Part shown: positions 1-11,760 of the stretch, in pieces
How positions within the stretch are numbered: position 1 is the stretch's first letter
Layout: each line of letters starts with the position of its first letter
NCBI RefSeq assembly: GCF_037042905.1
Contig: NC_087251.1
Location: 44,394,001 to 44,458,000, forward strand
Direction of reading: 5' to 3'
DNA: 64,000 bases
From: Lytechinus pictus
Lineage: Eukaryota
Position numbers and translations under genes: made by a program
The notes under the pieces: generated by a model
The model's database searches: none
The model's input: only the letters and a program-made list of their open reading frames with translations
What the model was told of the DNA's origin: nothing

Positions 1-264
1 TGGATTTGAATGGATATATACCAGGCATCTCTTTCAAAATTATAGCGGGATTATAGCGAGTTTAGAGAACATATTGGAGAACATAAATATTGACAGAAAA
101 TGAAATATTTTCTAAGCATTTAAAACACAACTCCAGATCATTGTCTTTACATGTATGTAACTCTTATATCAAAAGACATTTCAGCCTAGTGACTTTACTA
201 AACTAAAATACACTTTATAGTGTTTAGTACTCAGTAAAAGTAGAAAAAAAGTCCTATTTCTTAC

Positions 265-348
265 TTTCATCAATTGATGCAGAGCTACCATGGTGACTTC
301 CATGTGAGGAGCCAGGAGATGACGATTGTGATGTATTCTTTTTATCTC
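265..348 (-). CDS. VIPAS39: Coding exon 4 of minus-strand gene
   Basis: ttttcttcctag acceptor, A|gtaaga donor; 84 nt, phase 1 to 1; DKKNTSQSSSPGSSHGSHHGSSASIDE. Confidence 0.75.
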
Positions 349-3300
349 CTAGGAAGAAAATAAATTGGAAAAATAATAAATAAAGGAAATACTCAAGTAT
401 TAGAGAAAAACATTAACAAGTACAGAACAAGCCATTTTGGCTTATATTTGTCTGCTCATTGGAGACACTGGCTCGTATTCTGAAGTTGGGTTTAACTTAA
501 ACTCAGGTTTAAAGTTGTGGTTTAAGTATGGATAGCCAATTGTTACATAAATCACTAACAGTAAAAATATCATATTTCAGCTCATTTGGCTATCAAATCA
601 TTCATAATTGTCTAGGAAGTATAAATAGATGATCGTCTTCACCATCGATGCATCAGGAAAGAGCACAGTTAACATAAGAAATATACAACTAAATAAAAAT
701 ATTGACACTTTTGGCTTTCCATAATTTCAGCACAGAGTTAGACCATGGTCTAAGTTAAACCTGACTTCAGAACACGGGCCAATGGCATTTTTGGTCAAAT
801 GATGCAGCAGGGTGAATGGTTTAATTGAAAAGTGAATAATAATAATAATAAATGCTTTCTGCAATAGAATGCATAGAAATCTCAAGCTTAATGCATGCCA
901 AGAATTATTCATATCCAATTTGTTGAGCTTCGTTTATCAGTTGTCAAACAACATTCTGATAAAAACAACAAAAACAATGAGATTTCCAAAGATCGAAATG
1001 ATGACCAATATGTCTCCAAAAGGAACATAAGATCATTTACACAACATCAAACTACCTCCACATAATGCCCCCCTGTATCAAAACACAATGTAAAAGTGAG
1101 AAAAAAAAAAATTATATACACAAATGTATAGGGCATACAAATATACCTTTAGAGCGAGCTACGAGTAACAATGGAGAGATCGGCATTGCTTTGATTGTTA
1201 CACAGGCTGGATCTTCTTCACTAAAGACATGAAGCTCCTACTTGCCACCATCCTTTATAATGGTCTGTATTATAGTTTGCATGGGATGGTAAACACCTTC
1301 ATCCATATCAAACACTTCCTGTGTTTAGTGCCTTACAGTGTTTAGAGGCAGAAAGAAGGAAATTGTATATTTCCCTTTCATTTATACATCCCTTCTTCCA
1401 ACTAGATTACAACGTATTAGCAAAGGAGACAATTAAGTTGTATATATTGCTAATTGCCCAATTAACTAATTAAAATTGATTGCCAGCATACCTAAATAAT
1501 GTTTTATCTTATCCTGACCAGAAAATAAATATATCTTTCAGGCTATTAACATACAACATTTATACAGGACTATATGTAATTAATGTAATTAATGTGTTAC
1601 ATTACCCTGGATTTATCAATACCCTGATAAGCTTGAGTATTCAAAAGAATAAACCTTTCTACAGAGTACACATACACCTGGGTGGAGAGTGGTAAATGTA
1701 AATAAATGCATTGCCTGCAGCTCAGAGTTCAGGCACTTTATTCCCTGAGCCACAACCCCTCTAGTTTACTTACAATATTTTCATATTGCACGAATCATAA
1801 GATATTGTAATCAAAGCAAAGACATTCCTGACTTGCGCTCAGTAAAATGAGTTTACAATTCTTTTTTATCTTAAGTGCTGTATCATTTTCAGAGTAAACA
1901 TATTATTGTATTTACTGGCTGCAAGCTATTAGATTCTTCAAAAGTTCTTTATTCAACATCAACAAGGTATTGTCATATAAATAATATGACCTTTGACTGT
2001 TGAAATTGAGATCCTCGAACCTTCTTACTCCTGGATGCATACATAGGCAAGTTTTAAGTAATCCCTTAAACTGCTCATAAGTTATAGCAAGAATCAAATA
2101 TTTTCATATGACCTCTGTGACCTATGACCCCATCTCCAAACATGTGATTGGATCATTTTCACTCCAATGTGCATGCATGAGCCAAGTTTAAAGTTAACCC
2201 GTGTCAACGTTCGCGCCTGGTTGGGACTAAATAATGGAATGCATAACATTTTACCACAAAATGTAACTTAAATACTCATTTATTATACATACATGCAATT
2301 ATTATTGAAAAAGATATAAGCAGTGTTATTTTTGTCCAAATGTGAGGAGATATTAAAAAAAAAGTTATGGAATATTCTTTTTTCTACATGTATGTAAGTA
2401 GATGGGGTATAAAGGATATATCACATAGAACGTGATATTTTTTAGATAAAGCATTACAAGACGCATTTTTGATATGTTTTTGTGCATTTTTTCTTCTATT
2501 TCCTTAATCAAAGGATAAATAGAATATTTATATAAAAGAAGGACTTTTTACTACAATGCAGTATTTTTTTCCATTATGAAAGGATTTTACAGATTCTGTT
2601 TTGGGTAATAGTATTAACAGAAATAGGACTTCCTTTTTCCACAGTCTCAGTTAAGCCTGTGATACCAGGTCGCCATTGGTACAACAATTTTATCCTCATT
2701 CGTGTTCATTGTTTCTGAGACTAGTGGTTACAATCCGTCACAAAGTTCTTCAGTTATTGCAGGCCCAAAACCAGACGGACAGATGACCTTAAAGTCATAC
2801 TCCTAGCAAAAGGTGACAGAGGCAAAGAAGAAAATTGTCCAAGATACGTTTTACAGCTTATGAAATCACGATAACTCAAAACGAAACGCATCATCCACCT
2901 CTCTGACCATAATAATTTCCATTAACAATCTATGAATGGCTCTGTCTCACACCTTTCTCTCTCAAACTCAATCTTTCGAAAGAGGAATGGGGAAAAAACA
3001 TATACACTTCATAGTTACCTAGAGATGCGCTAGCTGATCTGCGATGAACATACAGTCCGTCTGTTCCCGGACCGGACGCCGCTGGGCTACTGGTGGTCGA
3101 TGACGTGGCACTGGAACTCTTTCCGCTCCCCTCCACCACCACGCTGCTGCTCCGTGAAGTCTTCAGCTCCACAGGAACGGAGTTGGAACCTGCAGAGGAT
3201 TGGGGTGTCAACGACGTGCCTCGGGCAGACTGAAGGGAGTGTGGACGGCCCGTCGCTGATCCACTACTGAAGCTGCCGGAGTGCGTTCTTCCAGCATCCT

Positions 3301-5744
3301 TTGAGAATCCTTTTAAAAATACAACAAAAAATTTGAGAGTAACTCAATGCCTAGCTTTACTAGCCATAATTGTTTACTGAATTCACATAGCCCTACATAG
3401 TTCCCTCATGATTCAATTATTCAACTTGGACTGCTACGTTATAGTGTCAGTGTAATCTCCATCTGAATAATCTCACCCACCCAATCCCCCTAAAAAATGA
3501 TAAATCAAACTAACTGAAACAACTAAATAATAATTACCAGTACATAATAAATACACAAATAAAATTGCTATTTGTACACAAGTTGTGTTTGGACTACTTT
3601 GTTTTTTAAATGGTCAATCTTGTTCGTGAATATCTGTATGCATTCTTCTACTTATATCACACTAAAAGAGAAAATTTTACTGCCTGGGCCTTGCAGAATC
3701 AATTTTCAATTCCTTTTCCTACATCATCTTCTAAACACTCATTTTCAATAGGAGAGGATGCACACACAAAAAAAGACAATCTCTAAATTGGAAAATTGGC
3801 AAAATCCTTGCTTCTGATTGGTTGACAGCAAATTTGTCTGTTAAAATCAGCGAAAAGATTCTTCACAAAATGCTTTAATTGATGTACAGTCCGACCTCTC
3901 TTATCCGGACACTTTGGGACCAGCACCAATCTGGATAAGGGATTTATCCAGATCTGGGAGATCCAATATTAAATACACGCAGCTGCCTCCCCAATGTTAG
4001 CTACACATAATCTATTGTAGTGGGCGTACACAGTATTTCACTGCTGTCGGTACAAATTATAAGCGTTTTCGATTGGTTGCCCAAAAGTTGGATAATTTAC
4101 CTGCTGAAATGATTGAGGAATACCTCAAGCATACCTCAAAAGAAAGAGAATGACTCGATGAAACTAAGTTTGATAATTGGATCATCGCAGCTTCGCAAAG
4201 TCAGCCATTGTTATACTGACTGTAGATTCAAACACGATTGATGGCGCTGTCCATAATGCAAGGCCTGAGCTGAGCTAGACATGTGTTGTTCTTCCCCCCC
4301 AAAAAAAGAAAAAAGAATGTGATGCTGATTTACTGGAAATTTATCCTATTCTTTCAGTGATTTAGGTAAGATATTTTCATAAAAAAATAATGTGGTTGTA
4401 GGTAGACTATATTAGAAAAATATATGTCATCAAAGTGAGTTTACGTAGGAATTTTGACTTCAGATTGAAATCTCATTTCCACACGTACTAGATTGAAGGA
4501 AAAAAAAATCTCGGCAAGTGTGCGTCCGGATAATAGAAAGATCCAGATAAGGGGAGGCCGGAGAAGAGAGGTCGGACTGTACTTACTTGGCACTCCCCCG
4601 TGCATGCTGATGAAATCTCTTGGCTCATTATCGATGTCCAAGCCGGCATCTTTCAACGATTGCGCAAAACAGCGGGTTTCCTTCTTGCCTGAATCAGTAG
4701 AATCCTAGAAAAGAAAACAGGTGCATTGTTATAAGAGTACATGTATGCAGACACATAGGCCCGAATTCACAAAGGTGGTTTTGAAAACCCACTGTTGAGT
4801 CCATGGTTTATGCAGATTTCCTGTATAAATTACACTTATTTTACCATGAATATTAAAAAAGGTCCAATGCTGATGCGCGCTTTTGTCACAGTACGCCAAA
4901 TTGACGCCTGTTGCCACAGTTAAGTATGCTATTTTATTCATGAGTCCACTCTTCAAACAGTGGACTCATGAATACAATAGCGTATCTAACCATTGTAACA
5001 GTCATCAATTTGGCGCAATGTGACAAAAGCGCGCATCAGCATTGGACATTTTTTATACATGCACCCGATACGCGCTAAATTAAGCGTAATTTATACAGGA
5101 AATCTGCATAAAGCATGGATTCAACCATGGGTTTTCAAAACCAACTTTGTGAATTCGGGTCAAAGGGCAACATTATTGGTGAAGCAGAGTATTTAAACAG
5201 AAAAGGAGAAAGGCAGAAGGAAGAAAGTGAGTGCGATAATAGTAATTTATTTCAAAATGTATTGTCTAGGCCTATTTACCATTCAATACAATGCATTTTT
5301 ATAAATTACAATGTACCCTAACTCTTTAAAAGATACAATTCAAGTATGGTGATAGGAATAATACCAAGAACAATGGCTTTTGATAACTTACTATTGATGA
5401 TGATGATAAATAATATACATAATTTATTATTATATTATAGTGTATTATTATGATTTATGTAATTGAATGTTAATATGTCATGCTTGGTCATGTAATTTCT
5501 TTCATGGATTGAAAATCTGTAATTCAGCCTTCTGGCTGCAACTAATTTCTATTCTTAGAACGTGACATGAAACATTTATGGCCTATAACTTTCTGATGAC
5601 AAGCTTTTAATAGGGAATAGCTAAACCGAAGAAAAAAACTGGTATATTACTTACAGGCGGAGGAGATGTTGGTTTATCGTCAAAGAAATTTCTCCTTTTT
5701 CCAGGTTTTTCATTCCAGTATTCATCATCCATGTCATCAGACAT
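265..5744 (-). CDS. VIPAS39: Probable VIPAS39/SPE-39 (VPS33B-interacting protein), 5' part; gene continues beyond position 1
   Basis: Four in-phase GT-AG exons (5744-5655, 4704-4587, 3309-3019, 348-265) give MSDDMDDEYWNEKPGKRRNFFDDK followed by a Ser-rich linker. The D/E-E-Y-W-N...F-D-D N-terminal motif matches SPE-39/VIPAS39 as I recall it. The conserved C-terminal domain is outside the window, so identity is less certain than the gene structure. Confidence 0.55.
469..781. mobile_element. MITE family A, copy 1
   Basis: TIR ggctcgtattctgaagt / acttcagaacacgggcc; near-identical copy at 60747-61054. Confidence 0.85.
3019..3309 (-). CDS. VIPAS39: Coding exon 3 of minus-strand gene (Ser-rich)
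   Basis: tttttaaaag acceptor, G|gtaact donor; 291 nt, phase 1 to 1; GC-rich open frame overlapping ORF 2930..3211. Confidence 0.85.
3887..4579. mobile_element. Tc1/mariner-pogo type MITE, TA target duplication
   Basis: TA|cagtccgacctctcttatccgg ... ccggagaagagaggtcggactg|TA. Confidence 0.85.
4587..4704 (-). CDS. VIPAS39: Coding exon 2 of minus-strand gene
   Basis: ttttctag acceptor, A|gtaagt donor; 118 nt, phase 0 to 1; DSTDSGKKETRCFAQSLKDAGLDIDNEPRDFISMHGGVP. Confidence 0.8.
4758..5161. mobile_element. Fold-back MITE family B, copy 1
   Basis: Near-palindromic over ~400 bp, ends ggcccgaattcacaaag / ctttgtgaattcgggtc; second copy at 37277-37668. Confidence 0.88.
5655..5744 (-). CDS. VIPAS39: First coding exon of minus-strand gene (exon 5756-5655, ATG at 5744)
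   Basis: Acceptor ttgtacag, donor CCT|gtaagt; 30 codons MSDDMDDEYWNEKPGKRRNFFDDKPTSPPP. Confidence 0.75.
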
Positions 5745-7053
5745 TTCTTTCCCCCACTGTACAAAGATAATAAAGTTGAAAAGTCATTCATATAAATTAT
5801 AACAATGGAAACACAAAATCATAGAAAACTTATGTCATTAACAGTATTATTATTATTAAGCATAGGGGAGGAAATAATTTTATTTTTTAGGGGCTATTTT
5901 TCTTTTCCACATTGGGACGATGGCAGAATTTTTAGGGCTATTTCTTTCATTTGAAGGGCTACTTTTGAGGAATACTAAGTAATTGTGCAGTAAAATCAAA
6001 TAGGCCTATTATTCTTCTGCTATTTAGAATATTGATTTTCTAAATAATCTTGAATATTGTTTGGAACAGACCTTGTCGCGACTCTATAAAGAATGGTTGC
6101 CCCAAAGGATGCATTTGGGGGGAATTATAGAGGCAATTGGGCTGTCATGAGGGTGAAATCGCTGTCACCCTCATTTATTTCCTATGATGATTATAGAGTA
6201 CCGAAGTGTGACATCACTGTCATGACAACAAACCGGCTGGTTCTAAAAAGAGTTGTAGCTGACAATCGTCTATACACATTTGTATTTGCAAAAATTACCA
6301 TCATTCTGAGTTGAGTCCTAACCGAAAACAAGGTTATATCATAACCTTGTACATTGGATGAGTGACGAAATAGGGTTAGGGATTCTTAATACTGTAATTT
6401 AAAACGTTAATATTTTGTCAAAACTTGACCTCCTACTACTAATTTGGCAACAAATTAAAGCTAGTAAATAATGCATCCTTCTTTACTCTTAAGCTGTTTA
6501 ATGACCTAAAAAGTAAGTTTAGCAATGTCATTGAAATGTAATTATGAAATACATTACAAGATCTAACGTTTAACGTCTTATTTTTATTATTTAGACTCAA
6601 TTAGACTAGAGTCTTTAGAGATTAACAAAGTTTGACCCATTTTCACATTATTTCTTCCAGATATTTTCTTCATAATGATGGATGATTAGTAAATACTTAA
6701 ATGATCATGTACCGGTGTACTTGTGTGATTTCACAAATAGTAAAATTATAAAAATCATCCATGTATTGCAAGGTCCAAGGTAGACAGGAATAACCGTCGT
6801 TTCTGGGGATTTATTCAACAATTTCTGACATTTTACTGTAATCCCCATTTACCGACGGTAGGGTGTACGTGTGGGCTCGCATGTGTTCTCATTCCCTCCC
6901 TTTTGTCAATTCACAGTCCAAAGTTTGATGTAATTTTACACATCGAATTTACAATTTAAGGATGTATAAACAACAAACTTTTAATTATTTATATTCTAAC
7001 ATTTAAATACTTTAAACGATATAGATGAAAAAGGCATGAAAAATATACTTTAC

Positions 7054-7400
7054 CGATGTTTAATTGGGTTGAACACGATGAAAATGGTCAAAATGGCAGC
7101 CAAACTATAAAATATTTACAAACGAACGTCAACAATCACGAATGTGATATCGATATTGCTTTCGATATTATACGATCTGCTCCATATGCGAACGAAACCG
7201 AAGATAAACGATACTAGTTATACTAGTACTAGTACTAGTTATAATCGCGATATATCGATTCGAGACATTAAGTTAATAACGATAATGACGTCATTCAAGA
7301 TGGCAACTTGCAAGAAAAACCGTCAGGTCAGGTGAATATGTCTTAGATGACAGATTTCTCAATCATCCAGAGGATTTTTTTCAATAACTCCGGCCCAAGG
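7054..7400. promoter_or_regulatory. Candidate bidirectional promoter with a non-coding first exon of the minus-strand gene (donor at 7054/7053)
   Basis: CpG-enriched; minus-strand donor CG|gtaaag; YY1-like AAAATGGCAGCC (~7090) and CAAGATGGC (~7296); TATCGATA at 7148; plus-strand donor-like AAG|gtatgc at 7399/7400. Confidence 0.5.
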
Positions 7401-9356
7401 TATGCAATTACTTAATTTATTTATATTTCCCTGATAATGGAAACCATGAAACTTTCAATTTTGCTTAAAAAACAGTTTTAAATCGCGATCTATAATTTTT
7501 ATAAAACGCTAGTTCACTATACGTTGGCTGTAGGTACGGGGCCCCATCCCCTTCAGTCTATGTATGGTGAGTGGAGCCAACGTAGTTCAGCGGAACAACC
7601 AAAATACAGAGACTGAAGCTTTTGGTCTAGGTCCAAGGATGATCGAAGATGATTTTGTTCACGGACGTGACCAGTACCAGCAAGAAAACAATGGGGTGGG
7701 ACTGAAAGGAACACTTTTTACAGAAATGAAATATGCCTGGTCATTCCTTCTATTTCAGTCCATTACTACTATTAGGAAGAATAGAATTCTGAAATTTATC
7801 AAAATACTCACCGATGACTGTGCCATTGTGACCAGTACTGACGTTTTTAAGAGTTAGAAAAGACGGAAATAGTAGAGGTATTCGCATCAACGGCAACGCA
7901 GAGACCCAGAGTAGAGCCGTAGACAGTAGAGGATCTCGTTCGCCGGCGGCATCCACTCGCGATGCGCGCGCTATGCATGTACTGCGAAAAAGTGGGTGTG
8001 TCGCTAAAAACTACGATATATGCCAAAATGAGGGGAATAAAATCATAATCAAATATGTTTGAAAATGAACCCAAACTATAAAAACATCTTAATGATATTC
8101 TTTTTGGGATTTCCCCCATAAGTTTTATCATTTACTATTCAAGTTAACACATTTTTTTCCTTCAAAAAACATCATAATAATGTTAGCTATAGTCTAAATA
8201 TAATGAAAACATGGTTAATCTAATCTTCAGTTTCATTTTAATAGAAACACTATAGCTTAATTAGTTCTAGTTAAATGCATTGCATTGCTGCACCTCTTGA
8301 AAAATATTATTTCTCGGCTTTACTCATCATCTTATTATTATTCCCATTATTCTATTTTAACTTATTGTATTTTCTTACGCCTACACATGCGAATGAGTCC
8401 CCAATTTTCTATTGTTTGATATGTTATCGTATAGGGATTTTGTTAAAGCTATAAAAGTTTGTAAATGTTTTGGAATTTATAGTTGATTTATAATCATTGT
8501 GACCATATTTCATTTGTATTTGTTTGTATATACTATAATGAGTGTCTGTGATTTGTATTTGTTTGTAATGTTATTGATGGAAATGAAAATAAAAACTTGA
8601 ACTTGAAGGAAACAGCCGGGGGGCGACAAAGTGGCCCCGACTGTAATAGTGTGGGAGTCCGAGAAAATGGCTATAGGGGAAGAAAATGGGGGGGGGGGGG
8701 AGCTAGTTGGCCTTGAAACAGTGTTCTAGGGGTCTAGGTTGTGCTGCTCCGACATATTTTTCTGTTGGTTTATTATCTAATCGTCACTCACTGTTTTGTA
8801 TGTATGAAATATTTCGTTTTCCCCTCAAGTTTATGCAAACGTGGTTATATTGCCATCGCTTTGATGAAATGAAATATTCCGTGGGAAATATTATATTCAG
8901 CATTTATTAATTACAAAAGAGTTATGAGAGTTCGCATGTATATATTAATGACAAAAGAGTTATAATTAAGAATTAATAAATGTTTGGGATCGACTCATGT
9001 GAACAAATACCGGCCCTGAACTTGATTGTATTCAACCCGGCATGATCAGCCTGACTTGATCCGAGGGCATTATATGCATTTGTTAGTCTAAAATTGTTTA
9101 TTCTATTCAGTTTTCACATTCAAATAAGAAAAACACAAATACATTGATAAACAAAACAACAATGAATGAAAAGTAGCAATTATAAATATAAAAGCACATT
9201 TAAAATTAGCAAGATTTGCAAATGACAACTTTCTAATATCTGATTTTGATAAAAATTTAATTTAGTCTTAATATGGTTGATTTTCTCCATTCACAGTTTC
9301 ACCCTTTTTTGCATTTTCTTGCTATATGCCTTTATAAAGGGCTGCATGGATGTTAA

Positions 9357-10663
9357 GGACAAATCCACCCCAACAAAAAGTTGGGTTGAATAAAAAGAGA
9401 AAAATCCACAAGCATAACACTGAAAATTTCATTTAAAAAATCGGATGTAAAATAAGAAAGTTATGACATTTTAAAGTTTCGCTTGATTTCACAAAACAGT
9501 TATATGCACATCCCGGTCGGTACTAGGCAAATGAGTGATTTGATTGATTGATTTTATTTGGCAAGTCACCATAACATATATACAGTAGCATTAAAACAAC
9601 AGGCTTGCACAGGATGACCCACGAAAGCTCGAAAGCTTATTTCCAGTGGGGTCCTCAATATACAGAAGTAAGATAATAAAATGTTAAAATTATACTATTT
9701 ACATATTAAAAATGAAGAAAAAAAATCAGAATTTACTATTACCAATAAATAAGATATATAGACAATAAATAAGATATATGCAAGAATATAACGAAGAAGA
9801 AGAAGAAAAGAAGGAGAAGGAAGAGGAGGAACAGAAGAAGAGAGGGGACGAGGAGTAGAAGGAGACGGAAGAAACTGATAACGAAGGGAAATAAATAAGG
9901 AGAAGAACAACAGCATAAACGTGACGACAATAACAACAAGAAGAGGAGAATAGGAAGAAATAAAAGAAATAGAAAGAATAGAAGAAAGGACATATCGAAG
10001 CTTCAATCAAACTATGTAAAATACATAATAATACCTAGTAGAGAATTAGAGAAAAGAACTAGGTCAGTATTCAGGCTAAATCAACCGTACAACATATCAT
10101 TTGCATCTTCTTTTTGACTCTCAAGTGAAAGATATTCTTTCAATTTCCTCTTAAAATGCAAAAAGTTTTCTATTTCCTTTATATCATTGAGAAGGGAATT
10201 CCAATGTTTTATAGCATTGTAATAAAATGAGTTACCAATACTACCTATCCTTTCTGGTAAGCAGGGAACTGATGTCATCACTCACTCACTATTTCTTTTG
10301 TATTTCATTATGTGAAATATGAAACATTCTCATTTCTCCTCATTCTCCTGTGAAACAAAGTTTTATTTCTTCCTTAACATGTTGAATTACCATTGCTTAA
10401 CATTTTAGGGTTCAATCAAGTAAGTCCTCATTGTCAAATCTGCAAAAATTGAAATAATGTATAATTCGAACAATAAAAAACAAAAGAAATAGTGAGTGAG
10501 GGACATCTATTCTTTCGTTTGCATGTGACTAAATTGTGCTTACAACTATTTTGTGAAAAATAAGCAGAACTTTAAAATGTCATAACTTTTTTATTTTACA
10601 TCCGATTTTGATGAAATTTTCAGCATAATGCTTGTCTGATTTTCTGATAGGTGGACTTGACCT
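9357..10663. mobile_element. TTAA-flanked (Kolobok-like) non-autonomous element interrupted by a LINE
   Basis: ttaa|ggacaaatccacc ... ggtggacttgacct|ttaa; related copies at ~42040-42610 and ~22935-23521. Confidence 0.75.
9536..10262 (-). mobile_element. 5'-truncated L2/CR1-group (Crack-like) LINE 3' end
   Basis: ORF 10081..10281 has the typical ORF2 C-terminal motif FYYNAIKHWNSL..IK.....FKRKLKEYL; pyrimidine-rich 3'UTR, stem-loop ggaccccac...gtgggtcatcc and (AATC)n tail. Confidence 0.8.
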
Positions 10664-11149
10664 TTAAACCTTGTTTTTTTTTTCAACAAATCCCCGCGCC
10701 CCTCAAAAGACGTGACGGGCCTGTTGATCCTATTCAACGTATCGCTTCATTGATGAATATTGAGATCCAGTTAAGATTTTCACCTCTCAGTGGATACTAA
10801 TTTCAGTTGTCATTTAAATGAATTCCTTAAATCAAGTTCTGGACTCATTTCCCCCAAATATCCTGAAATTATTTCAAGTAGGCTAACGTGCATTGATATT
10901 TTTGTTTCGTTTACAAGTTTTGAATAAGGTAAACGCCCTTGAAATAGTTGTATCACAATCCATTATCATTATTATTGTTATTATTATTAATATTATTGGA
11001 CATAGATCTACAACGCTAGAGCTAATGTGCATGTACCGTTATCAACTTAGTTGTTTTCTTATTTTGATCCGGGATTTTGATGAGTTTGGACTATGTTAAT
11101 TAAATGCCGAAATATTCTTGAAATTTTCAAGTTTGGAATTATCATCAAG

Positions 11150-11422
11150 CCAGAAATACTTTTTTTATGATTCAACGCCCGCATGCGATACACGTGCGCG
11201 TAGCTGCCGATATAAACAAAATCAGCTGTTGAAACTTGTGCCACGTCGCGTCGATCGTACCCGGCCGTCGCTAGAGATAGACGACAAGCGCTCGATCGGC
11301 ATTCCCGCCAGCGCCAGACGTCAGCCGGCTACGTTGATGCGAGATCGTAGACACTTTACTCTGCAGCTGCTGCACAGTCGAAAGCCCAAGCGAGGAACGC
11401 AAACTTCCAAGATTACGCCAAA
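11150..11422 (+). promoter_or_regulatory. CpG-rich promoter/5'UTR of ADPGK
   Basis: Sharp rise in CpG/GC directly upstream of the ATG at 11423; CACGTG E-box at ~11191. Confidence 0.55.
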
Positions 11423-11760
11423 ATGGCCCGTAACATCTTGACACTAGGTGGTATTTTTTCAATTGCAGTCATCATCTTGGCTATTATCTACAAGAAGCGT
11501 TTGGATAACGAGCTTGATTCGAGATTGCAAGATGTTCTGCAGAGTCTTCTGCGAGCCGAGAGGAAGGCCAGCGTCCATCCCCGTACACGGGTAGCTGTCG
11601 GCTTCAGTTTGTGCAGCGACAGCTTCGCTGGCGGCGTAGAATTGTTTCGTCAACTTGAGCAAGAAGCACCGGAACAAAAGCGACATATTGATGAAATTCG
11701 AACTTCTCAAGATTTAGCAGGGATCTTTGCTTATTTCTTTTCTACTGGAGCAGCAGCAGA
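11423..11760 (+). CDS. ADPGK: ADPGK exon 1
   Basis: MARNILTLGGIFSIAVIILAIIYKKR...FFSTGAAAE; donor GA|gtaagt. Confidence 0.93.

Noticed and set aside
1147..1237. Possible extra minus-strand exon (ELHVFSEEDP...RSK)
   Set aside because: Poor polypyrimidine tract, and the phase does not fit between exons 3309-3019 and 348-265, which join in frame.
5553..5600. Second hammerhead-like motif (ctgatga...agctaaac)
   Set aside because: Lacks GAAA and a convincing stem I/III.
9695..10010. Three overlapping hydrophobic ORFs
   Set aside because: Low-complexity (GAA/CTT) LINE 3'UTR, not genes.
11118..11441. 107-aa ORF overlapping the ADPGK start
   Set aside because: TTG start in a GC-rich promoter/UTR; no recognisable protein.
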